From: Zygophlyctis sp. KS116
Taxonomy: Eukaryota; Fungi; Chytridiomycota
Reading direction: 5' to 3'
Length of the DNA: 32,000 nucleotides
NCBI GenBank assembly: GCA_054661495.1
Contig: BAAFSQ010000001.1
Coordinates: forward strand, 90,001 to 122,000
Shown: piece after piece, positions 12,132 to 22,646 of the stretch
How positions within the stretch are numbered: the stretch's first letter is position 1
Layout: each line of letters starts with the position of its first letter
The notes under the pieces: generated by a model
What the model saw: the letters and a program-made list of their open reading frames with translations, nothing else
Told to the model about the DNA's origin: nothing
Database searches by the model: none
Translations under genes and position numbers: made by a program

Positions 12132-13895
12132 TTAGCGGACACCAACACTATAAATTATCAATATCTTTAATATACATATCATCAATTTTCATGATCATTT
12201 TGACTGTTTCTGCTGCCAGCTCAATAGCACTTGTTGAGACAAGAAGAGGTTGAATCACATTCTCCTCCATTATGTTAGAGATTGATCCCTAAATAAATTA
12301 TTATCACATTCTCACCTTTCTAACATTGATTCCAGCGGTTGAGTCTCCTAGGGCATGACGATTTCGCAGTTCAGTTACAATTGAGATTGGATTCAATCCT
12401 GCATTTTCCGCTAATGTATAAGGAATAATTTCAAGAGCCTCAGCAAAAGCTTGGTAACAATAGGCTTCCATTCCAGATAAAGACTTGGCATAATCCATCA
12501 ACAGACGGGACAAATGAATCTCTGGGGCTCCTCCACCGGCAATCAAGGCCCTCTTTTTCACAAGACAGCGAATAACACAAAGAGCATCATGAAGAGAACG
12601 TTCAGCCTCTTCCAGAATCAAGGGATTTGTACCTCTGACAATAATTGACACAGTCTTTCCTGAATTCTTAACACCAGTGACTCGCACAACTTTAGCTCCA
12701 ACATTCGAAGTTTCCTCTACCAAATCAGCGTATCCCAATTTGTCTTCAGTAAACGATTCAATATCTGCAATAGGCTTGCATCCAGTAGACTTGAAAGTTT
12801 AATCTATTAAACTTGTACCTTGCAAATAAATTCAATTTCATCTCTTTCAATATCCTTAACAGCTAAAATCTTTAATTTTGACAAAAAGTGTAAAGATAAA
12901 TCATTTACAGCATCTCTCAAAATCGACTTTTGAATAAACAAAACATTGCATCCAGATTTTTTGATTTTTTTGCATAAATCTAGCAAGTATTGTCTCTCTT
13001 CCTTCAAAATCTTGTCCATTTGACGATAATCGTTTACAATTATTTGATTATCCATCTAAATTTTTACAATTTAAAAATTACATCTGGTTTTGGAGGCGAT
13101 AACTGGAATTGAATTAATCCAATTTTAGCCTTTTCCATTCTTGTAGGACCTCCAGCAGACTTTATAGCAGTTTGAGATAAAACCAAACCCTCAACCAATT
13201 CTGTATCTTCAATTGTTCCTCCAACTTTTTGAATAAGTCTAATATTATTTAGATCTACATTTGTTGCAGTCAGAGGGTCAATAATTCTGAGTACAGAGTC
13301 TACAGCAATTGGAGATAACAAATTCGAATATTGAGACACAATTTTAGAATTTAGAGAAGTTGATGCAGACTTTAATAGAGATTCTCTGTCATTCAAATCC
13401 AGCTTTACAGACATTTGATTCAAAAATTCTACACATTTAGCAGCAGCTCTTTGAAAAGATTCAGCAATTGTAGTAGGATGAATTCCTATATTTTTAAATT
13501 CTTGTAAAAAATACCTTTTTCTAGCAACTGTTCAGCAGCAGTCAAGAAACTTCCGGCAAGAACAACCACAGAAGTAGTTCCATCACCAGCTTCAATATCC
13601 TGTGCAGCAGATAAATCAACCAACTTTCCTTAGAATTTCAAAATTACCATTTTAGCTGCAGGGTGCATAACATTCATTTTTTTCAAGATTGTGGCACCAT
13701 CGTTAGTAATAACAACTTCTCCAGTTCCAGTTTGAATCATTTTATCCATTCCCTTTGGCCCCAAAGATGTGCGAATGCAATCAGCCAACGCTTAAAATTA
13801 TCATTTACATGTATACCTTTTGCAGCAATTATGTTGGAAGACCGCACTTGCATGGGCTTCTCCTTGTCTTGAAACTGAGAGACTTTTTGCGTCAT
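12132..13895 (-). CDS. CCT4: T-complex protein 1 subunit delta; introns 13791-13816, 13624-13647, 13486-13514, 13056-13081, 12790-12818, 12289-12315, 12148-12175
   Basis: [62 protein letters not shown]. Confidence 0.95.
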
Positions 13896-14609
13896 TTTTC
13901 TTTTTTTTCAGGGATTCTTAACAGCCTTTAAGAGACTTAAAAGCCTTTTAAAATTTTTATTAAAGCAATTAAACACTAACAATCCTATCTTCTTGATACA
14001 TTGATCTCCACCAACTAGTAAAAGTAGCCAACCATTTAAATAACAAGACTAGTCTATATGATCTATTTCCATAGTGATAGTGAGCCTTGGACATCTCCAT
14101 TGATCTACATAATATTTCATCTCCAGTCAGCATATTATCTAGTGACATCACTGCGGAACATTCTCAAAATTTAGACAGCTTTTATGCTTAACAATTATAT
14201 TAAAAAAAACAATTTAGTAAAGGCAACGTGTCAGAATGAACCATCTTCCCTTCCAAAAGCCTGGAAAAGCAATTGGAGCAGTCTTCAACCAAAAAGCAAA
14301 AGCTTCTTGCACTTCCTGCTTGGGTAGAGGTTCTACTACTCATCATCCAACGTTGATGTGTATGACTTTGTTTGAAAACAAAGTTAAATACAAACAACTC
14401 TACATATGATCCTGAAGAGTTGGTCGAATTAAAAAAAGCCGATGGCGTAAAATTTCTCGCTTTTATAGTAAAAGTGGCGCAGGCAAGCCTAACAATAGTG
14501 CTTAGGGTTATTGCCATCTCTAAATTGGCGCAGGGAAGCCTAGCAGCAGTGTGTATGGTAAGTCTGAAGTCAGAGGTGGAATGGTGAGGCTGGGGGTTAG
14601 TTTAAATTC

Positions 14610-15122
14610 ATGACTGAAATCAGCGAAATCAGCGAAAGCCAAGACAATAGAGAGCTGGAAAACCAAGAAATTATAGTACAAAGAGACATGTTTAATCAAA
14701 AACAAATATTTTCTTATAAAACTCCAATTTCACTAGTTTTTGATCTTGATATAAACCTTTTAAACTCTTTAGAAATAGAGTCTAATGCAAGAAATGTTGA
14801 AATTTACGTGAATTCAGACTACAAAACTACTCTAAAAAGTCTAAATTTTCTACTTAAAAGTAATGATCCAATAGTAATTGATGGCAAAGTATCAATGAAA
14901 TTTTTTGTAAAGGATTCAAAACTTTTAGAAATCTCAAATATTCTAATCAATGGAGAAGCAGTACAGACATTTCTAAAATCTAATCAAGTAAAAGCTAGAA
15001 ACAATTTGTCCGAACAGAATTATGAAAATATTCTTGATCAATTACATTTATTAGAATTGAAAATGGATCTTAAACTATCCAAAATTCAAACCTTGTTAGA
15101 AAATCTGTTGAACAAGAATTAG
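14610..15122 (+). CDS. Hypothetical protein, possibly PAAT/C10orf88 (DUF4506)-like
   Basis: SNARNVEIYVNSDY resembles the recalled animal PAAT motif SSARNMEVY..EEY. It also has a C-terminal coiled coil. Confidence 0.45.
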   Translation: MTEISEISESQDNRELENQEIIVQRDMFNQKQIFSYKTPISLVFDLDINLLNSLEIESNARNVEIYVNSDYKTTLKSLNFLLKSNDPIVIDGKVSMKFFVKDSKLLEISNILINGEAVQTFLKSNQVKARNNLSEQNYENILDQLHLLELKMDLKLSKIQTLLENLLNKN

Positions 15123-16009
15123 GAAGATTCAGAAGATAAACCAGTTCTCTTCAATTTCTTTTCAGCCTAAAATTATTACTATAAAAATTATACTTCAGCA
15201 ATATTCTCTTGATCAATAATTTCAGCTATAGCATCCACTTGTTCAGGTTCTAAAATCTAGTTTTTAAGGAAAATCTTTTAAAACATACTTGTAAAATTGC
15301 ATCAGGACCCATCACTGCTATTTCAATATTCTTTGAACCAGTTTGAACAATTTCCAATAATGCTTTTACAGCTAATTTTATAGTCTCATCTTTAGACATG
15401 TCTTCCTTGTAGTGTTTTTCTAGAAATTCACGAACAGTTTTTGAAGACTTTCCAATAGCATTAGCCTTCCAAGCAGAATATATACCAGATGGATCAGTCT
15501 GATAAAGTTTAGGAACATTATCAGAGTCAAAACCCATGATTAAAGTTGAAATTCCAAAAGGTCTTACACCACCAGACTGAGTATATTTCTAAAATTACTA
15601 AAAATTTGTAACCTGTTGAACACCAGCAATATGTCTAGTAATATATTCTATAGATACAGGGTCTTCTACAGTCAGTCTATGACTTTGACATTCAACTCTT
15701 GCTTTATCAATCAAAATACGAGCATCAGCAGTTAGTCCTGCAGTAGCTAAACAAACATGTGAATCTAGTACAGCTATTTTCCGGACAGTTCTAGGATCCT
15801 GCAACTTTAAAGCAGATTTCTTTTCAACTCCCAAAACAACAAATTCCTTTCCTTTCACACCAACCTAAAATTTAAAGCCATAGTCTTACAGCACACGCAC
15901 CCTTTCTAACTGCTTCCAGGGCCTATTGTTATGGTATTTAAATTACATATTCTACCTGAAACAGGTGTCCGTCTGGAGAGAAAACTGTAAGTGCACGATC
16001 GTAACTCAT
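15119..16009 (-). CDS. PRE6: 20S proteasome subunit alpha 4 (PSMA7); introns 15923-15946, 15865-15889, 15589-15612, 15257-15288, 15167-15193
   Basis: [61 protein letters not shown]. Stop TAA at 15121-15119. Confidence 0.95.
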
Positions 16010-16122
16010 TTTTTGACCTTTTTCAGCCTCGCCCTACTTTACAGCGACTGATTGTTGGAAATTCAATCTAAATACTCTAAATTCATAATTATTAAAAGTC
16101 ATGGAATCTATTCTATTGACGA

Positions 16123-16539
16123 CTATTGAGGACATAGTTTTCTCTTGATTAATTCCATTTGCCCCTCCAGATCCAATCTCTCCTTGACATCAATCTCGTC
16201 TGGATTATATCTATCGCTCATGATACTATAGTCACCGCTAAGCGCAACCATAACTTTTCCTTTTCCAAAGTTGTACTTGACGCCAAATTCATCAATTCTT
16301 TTCATTTTACTAGCCAATTTCTCATTACTTTTATCAGTTGGGCCTAGTTCCAAGAATCTCTTGTAGTCTTCAACTGATAGAGAAAACCCATACGCAGCAT
16401 TAGCTAAAAATCCCCTGACAATGTCTGTTGCATAGATTGCAAGATTGTTTTCTTTAAGGGAATCATCATCCATAAGTTTATTATTGTTAAACTCTTCTGC
16501 GATTCCATATATAAGATGGGGACTGTACGAATTGTACAT
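16123..16539 (-). CDS. Hypothetical intronless protein, 138 aa
   Basis: Clean ORF with an A-rich ATG context and globular-looking composition. No eukaryotic domain recognised. Confidence 0.7.
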   Translation of the reverse strand: MYNSYSPHLIYGIAEEFNNNKLMDDDSLKENNLAIYATDIVRGFLANAAYGFSLSVEDYKRFLELGPTDKSNEKLASKMKRIDEFGVKYNFGKGKVMVALSGDYSIMSDRYNPDEIDVKERLDLEGQMELIKRKLCPQ

Positions 16540-16671
16540 TTTTTCAACTGATCTGTCCTAGAACTTGACTTTTGATTGTGTGAAATCCTTGGGGTTGCCT
16601 AGTGCTAGTGTGGATCAGAGCATAATAGAATTGTCACGAAAAATAGTAAAATTGCGCGTTTTAGGTTGAAA

Positions 16672-18963
16672 ATGCAAACGCTCCGTCGCAGAGTTCCTTC
16701 TCAACAAGACAAGGAGGATACACCACTCCAACAAGGACAAGAGAAAGAAAAGATCAAACCAGAATTTTCTCTTCCTAAATACAGCACTCTAATAGGAATA
16801 GTATTTTTGTTTTTGGCTCTATTTACAAGACTCTACAAGATAAACGAAGCAGAGTTTGTGGTTTGGGATGAAGCTCATTTTGGTAAATTCGCTTCTCACT
16901 ACCTAAAGAGGAAATTTTATCACGATGTACATCCGCCGCTGGGGAAAATGTTGAATGGACTGGCTGGGTGGGTAGGAGGATATAATGGTGATTTTAAATT
17001 TAGCTCTGGTTCGCCATACACAAAAGACGTTAATTTCAATTTTATGAGAATTTTTAATGGGATTTCTGGTGCTCTAATCGTGCCTTTGGCATATTTTACT
17101 GGTTTAAATTTAAAATTATCACATGGAGCTTCCATTTTACTAGGAATAATGGTTTTATGTGATTCTGCTCTGACTACTATTAGTAGATTTATTCTTTTAG
17201 ATGCTTATTTAATGCTTTTTACGGTTCTAAGTGCTTATGCTTTTGTGGTTTATCGGAGATTACAACAAGAAGAGTATGATTTTTTAAAAATTTAAAAGTT
17301 AATTAGGCCTTTTTCTTATAAATGGTTAAAGTGGATTACTTATACAGGACTTTCATTAGGGGCTGTGGCAAGTGTAAAGTGGGTTGGGCTTTTTGTGATT
17401 GCTTTGGTTGGGATTCATACAATTCAGGAATTATGGGATATGTTTGGGGATTTAAAATTGGAACCAAAGACTTATGCAAAACATTGGGGATTTAGGATTT
17501 TATGTCTGATTATTGTTCCAGTTCTCGTTTATATGTGGTCTTTTAAGATTCATTTTTCAATTTTGAATATGTCTGGAGATGGAGATGCTAATATGAGTTC
17601 ACTATTTCAGGCAAATTTAGAAGGGAATGATGTCTCAAAATATCCTCTTGGTATAATTTTGTATTTTTACAGTTTAGAAATTGCTTATGGGTCTAAAGTA
17701 ACTATCAAAAATTATGCAAGAGGTGGGGCTTTGTTGCATTCACATGTTCAAAAGTTTCCTGAAGGATCGGGGCAACAGCAAGTTACGCTTTATCATCATA
17801 AAGACTCCAACAATGATTGGATAATTGATTATCCTTGGGGGGTGAATAAGAATTATTCTACGGATGAAATTGAATTTTTGAAACATGGGGATTTAATCCG
17901 ATTGCGTCATCATTCAACTGGTAAGAATCTTCATGCTCACAAGATTCCTGCTCCATTGACTACGGATGAGTATGAAGTCAGTGGTTATGGGAATACGACT
18001 GTTGGAGACGAGTCTGATATTTGGAGAATAGAATGGGATCATGTAGGTTCAAATTTTTGATATTGTAGAATGCTGATCGTAGTACTGACAATGGTTTCAG
18101 GTTATTATATACGAGATTTAGATTGCGCCATCTGGTTTTGGGATGTTTATTAACAACTCACAAAAAAACTCTTCCCGCCTGGGGATTTTCTCAACAGGAA
18201 GTTTTCTGTGAGAAACCAACAGGCGATCCAGTAACTCGTTCTAATTTATGGAATGTCGAAGCACATTGGAATGACAGACTCCCTGCTGCTGGAGAGAAGG
18301 CTTTCAAGTCCAACTTTTTGGATGATTTTATTGATGTGAATATAGCTATGTGGACTACTAATAATGCTTTAGTTCCAGACGAGGAAAAAAAGGACAACTT
18401 AGCTTCTGCGCCTTATCAATGGCCTTTTGTATCAGTTGGATTACGAATGTGCTCATGGGCTGACGGGAATTTGAAATTTTTCCTCATTGGGACCCCCATC
18501 ATATGGTGGAGCGCTACAGCGAGTATCATAGCGATGATGCTAATTGTGCTTATATATTCGATCAGATATCGAAGAGGAAATGTTGATTTTTTGACTCCTG
18601 GTAGGTTCAAAACTTGAATAACCAAAATTAGAATCTTCCAATGATTTCTATTTTGCTGCCAAGGTTGGTGTCTTGGGGTGGTTCCTTGAATATATCCCAT
18701 TCTGGATTATGGGAAGAGTTACCTATCTTCACCATTATTTCCCAGCACTATACTTTTCGATGATATGTTTAGCTGTTACTTTGGACCACATTACTACACG
18801 GTTTATTCCAAAGTACAAGTATTTGATCCTTCTAACCTTTGGAATTGCTGTGATTGCTAATTTCATATTTTTCATTGACTTCTCGTTTGGTATGAAGGGA
18901 CCTGCTTCTGAGTACGCTTCTCGTCGCTGGCTTAAAGCTTGGAAAATTTATGGCAATGAATAG
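16672..18963 (+). CDS. PMT2: Dolichyl-phosphate-mannose:protein O-mannosyltransferase, PMT2-like; introns 17274-17306, 17651-17677, 18043-18068, 18601-18631
   Basis: VWDEAHFGKF, DVHPPLGKML, SRFILLD, SVKWVG, MIR domains (LLHSH, QQQVT.Y.HKD.NN), GRVTYLHHYFPALYF. Confidence 0.9.
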
Positions 18964-19169
18964 ATTTAATATCTCCTTTTATTTTCTGTTACACTCAGAC
19001 TAAATGAGCTAGCTCCTCAAGGAAGTAAATTATCTACAACAATTATGTCATCAAACAACGGGTGAATCCCTTCCTTGGTCAATAATCCTCATGACCATAA
19101 TCACAATCGGCTGTGGGTGATCATTAGTTTCCTGGTAATAAAAACAATCAGCTTACTCTAACATATCGA

Positions 19170-20870
19170 TTAGTTTTCATCAGATATTTTTTTCAGATAA
19201 TCTTCTAATGAGCTAACAGGAAGCAATCTTTTGTTTTTTACAGTATAAAATTGACAATTCAAGGATCGTAGGAAGTAGCTATGATGTGAAATAACAACAA
19301 AAGCCCCTTTGAAAGCTTTCAGAGCTTCTATTAAGGTCTCGGTCATTTCCATGTCTAAATGACTAGTTGGCTCATCTAAAAGTAGCAAGTGAGGATGCTG
19401 AAACATAAGCATTGCAAGAACAAAACGAGTTCTCTGGCCACCAGATAAAACCCGTAGTTTAGTTAACGCCCTATTTCCACTCACACCAAAAGATCCAAGA
19501 TAATCCCTTGCAGTTTGAACCTTTAGTTGATCAGGAAACATATCCATTAGCAGTTCCACGGGAGTCTTAGAAAGATCAATGTCCTGGACCAAATGCTGTG
19601 TGAATACTGCAGTTCTTAAATTATGATGACAAATAATCCTTCCTGATTGGGGAGTTTCCAGGCCGGCAATGCAACGTAAAAGAGTAGACTTTCCCAGACC
19701 ATTTCTTCCAAGAATAGCAATACGACTGTTTCTTTCAATTGATAGATCCACATTTTCCCATAGAGGCTTTGCATTGGTGTTATATGAAAACCCAATACTT
19801 TTAAGCTGAATCAGTGGATCAGAAACTGAATAGTCTGGTTCAGGTAATCGTAACACAAGTTGCCGATCATCTTCTCCTTCGTCTCCAACCAGCAAAGTAT
19901 CTGCTCCCCAGACCCAAGCTGTATCTACTAAATTCTTTTTGGACATTTTTGCAATCTTTGGAGAGTTTAAGTCCTGTAATTTTTTTGTAGAACCACTAGC
20001 ACGAGCCTGTTTTCGTTTCTTTTCCGTATTTGCCTGTTCATTCAACTTATCTTGCCTATTCTTTTTAAAAGCACTATAATTTCCAGGATAGTATCTTAAT
20101 TCTTTTTGTGTCAAATGTATAATACATTCAGCCAACTGATCAAGAAAATCATGATCATGAGAAACAAGAATAATTGTACATTCCAATCCTTTTAAATACT
20201 TTATCAACCATTGAATACTTTCCAAATCCAAATGATTTGTCGGCTCGTCCATCAATAACAAATCTGGCTTAGCAAACACTGCACACGCCAACAAAGCCTT
20301 CATTCTCCATCCTCCACTCAACTCTTTGAAAGGCCGATTCATCATTTCCCTTGTAAATTTCAAATCTGAAAGAATGCGTGTTGCTCTCCTTTCCATTTCC
20401 GATTCTTCAAAAAGATTATCTAAATCTTGATAGAGCAATCCCAATTTCTGTATACTAGAATTTTCTACATTACCATCCTGCTCCTGGCCTTCAATATTCT
20501 CAATTTGCTTTAGTAGATCTTGATGATCGGGATCACTGTTTTTTACTAAATTCAATGGAGAATCCTCAACTTCTTCATATTCTTGCTGTACCAAAAATGT
20601 GCGAATTGAAGTCCATTGTGGAATCATATTATTAGCCATGCATCGTAATAGTGTCGTTTTACCGATTCCATTTCTTCCTACTAATGCATAAGTTGTTCCC
20701 CAAGAAAGCCTGATGAGAGCATCCTTTAGAATAGTAAGTGATCCAAATGATAACGAGATTCCATGAAGGGAAATATCTTTTGAACCAATCGATCGCTGGT
20801 TATCGGATGCAAATCTCTCATGCGTTGATCTTACTTGGGAGAGATTCTGTAGATCTTGTAAAGAATACAT
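19170..20870 (-). CDS. Soluble ABC-F family ATPase (two NBDs, no TM segments), intronless; likely start ATG 20870
   Basis: GRNGIGKTT/LSGGWR/LLMDEPTNHLD and GRNGLGKST/LSGGQR/LLLDEPTSHLD. The ORF-track extension to 21074 is antisense to the ProRS first exon. Confidence 0.88.
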   Translation of the reverse strand: MYSLQDLQNLSQVRSTHERFASDNQRSIGSKDISLHGISLSFGSLTILKDALIRLSWGTTYALVGRNGIGKTTLLRCMANNMIPQWTSIRTFLVQQEYEEVEDSPLNLVKNSDPDHQDLLKQIENIEGQEQDGNVENSSIQKLGLLYQDLDNLFEESEMERRATRILSDLKFTREMMNRPFKELSGGWRMKALLACAVFAKPDLLLMDEPTNHLDLESIQWLIKYLKGLECTIILVSHDHDFLDQLAECIIHLTQKELRYYPGNYSAFKKNRQDKLNEQANTEKKRKQARASGSTKKLQDLNSPKIAKMSKKNLVDTAWVWGADTLLVGDEGEDDRQLVLRLPEPDYSVSDPLIQLKSIGFSYNTNAKPLWENVDLSIERNSRIAILGRNGLGKSTLLRCIAGLETPQSGRIICHHNLRTAVFTQHLVQDIDLSKTPVELLMDMFPDQLKVQTARDYLGSFGVSGNRALTKLRVLSGGQRTRFVLAMLMFQHPHLLLLDEPTSHLDMEMTETLIEALKAFKGAFVVISHHSYFLRSLNCQFYTVKNKRLLPVSSLEDYLKKISDEN

Positions 20871-20919
20871 TTCAATTGAGAAAAAGGTGCCACAATAGGG
20901 TAAAACATTTGCACACTCA

Positions 20920-22595
20920 ATGCTCATCAAATGCTCGCAGATCTTGATGCCAACACTTAAAACCGCTCCAGGAAAAGGAGGACATAATCTACTATTAAGA
21001 GGAGGATTTATTAGACAGGTACAAGTTGCATTATAATTGCAAGTCAAGCGCTGGAATATATTCTTTCTTGCCACTGGGACTCTTGGTTCTTGAAAGACTA
21101 CAGAATATGATTGATAAGGAGATGAATTCTATAGGTGCTCACAAGGTTAAATTGCCACATCTGTTATCGTCGGATGCATGGAAGATCACTGGACGTTGGG
21201 GGTCTAACGAAATGTACAAGTTTGAGGACAGAAAAGGCTCACAATATTGTCTCGGACCAACGCATGAAGAAGAAATTACACAGGTGGCTGCTGATCTGGT
21301 TTCATCTTACAAAGATTTGCCTCTTTACTTGTATCAGATTGGGACAAAGTTTCGAGATGAAAAAAGACCAAGAGGTGGATTGTTAAGAGGAAAGGAATTT
21401 ACAATGAAGGATTTATATACGTTTGATATTGATGATGCAGCAGCTTTACAAACATATGAGAAAGTTCGTGATGCATACAAGAGGTTTTTTAATTCTCTTG
21501 GTTTACTATATAAAGAAGCAATGGCAGATTCAGGAAATATTGGAGGTGATAAATCTCATGAATATCATTTATTATCTCCAGGTAACTTATAAATTTCTAA
21601 GAGTAGTGGGTGAGGATACTATTTTACATTGTCCAGAATGTAATTATAGCTCGAATATGGAACGTGCTCAATCTCTTATAGATCCAAGTTTGCATAAAAG
21701 AACTCTGGAGAAATTAGATTCTTCAATATTCGATGAAAAATTTAAAGAAATATCTAATCTTTTTTCTTCAAACGTTTCGATAAAAATGGGGATAGTAAAG
21801 GAAAATGGTCATAATACACTTTTGGGAATGGTTACTCCAAAAGGTTGGGAGATTAATCCAATAAAAGTGTCAAAGCTTATTTCAAAAAATGGGTATCTTA
21901 ATATTTTGGCGGAAAATGAAGATTTAAAGGGAGTTAAAGTTGATGATGTGCAGCTTTTAGTGGATTCTCAGGTCCAATATTTAAAAAATTTGAATTTTTC
22001 TCCAGCTATAAATCTTATAACTGCAGATATAATTCTTTCTAAAGATGGTGATTTTTGTAAAAGCTGTTATTCACAATCAAAGACTTCAGTATTAAAAGCA
22101 TCAGCAGCTATAGAAGTTGGACACGCATTTTTCCTCGGAGAAAAGTATTCTTTGCCACTCAAGTCAACTTTTAAAACTCAAAAGGGTACAGATAGTGTCC
22201 CATCTATGGGTTGCTTTGGACTCGGAGTATCAAGACTTATAGGTGCAATAGCAGAGATTTCTCGTGATAAAGATGGCATTATATGGCCTGCTTGTATTGC
22301 TCCAGCAGATATTTGCATAATAGTCTCACCTTCAAAGGATCCAGAGGAAAATTTAAAACTAAATAGTACATGCGATATTTTAATCTCAAAAATTGATAAC
22401 AAATACGACAGAATAGTATTGGATGATCGAAATCATTCATTCCCCCACAAGTTAAAGGATGCTCTATTAATCGGATATCCAAAGACGATTGTTATTGGAA
22501 AATCATTTTTGCGTTCAGGACAACTTGAAGTATTTAACAGACATGATCCTAAAGTGCCTTCTTTGATATCATTAGAGGAATTTTCGATTATTTAG
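20920..22595 (+). CDS. PARS2: Bacterial-type (mitochondrial) prolyl-tRNA synthetase; introns 21019-21043 and 21582-21606
   Basis: H.LLLRGGFIRQ|SSAGIYSFLPLG, LGPTHEE, KFRDEKRPRGGLLRGKEF.MKDLY, IEVGHAF.LG, MGCFGLGVSRL. Confidence 0.92.
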
Positions 22596-22646
22596 TTATT
22601 TTTGGAAAGAAAACGTCATCAAGTGGGAAAACAGTAAACAATCAAG

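Noticed and set aside
19069-19078. U14 snoRNA domain B-like CCTTCCTTGG
   Set aside because: No adjacent box D or domain A on that strand. A local stem explains it.
20871-21074. N-terminal extension of ABC-F overlapping ProRS
   Set aside because: It is the antisense shadow of ProRS exon 1 and its intron. ATG 20870 is a more plausible start.
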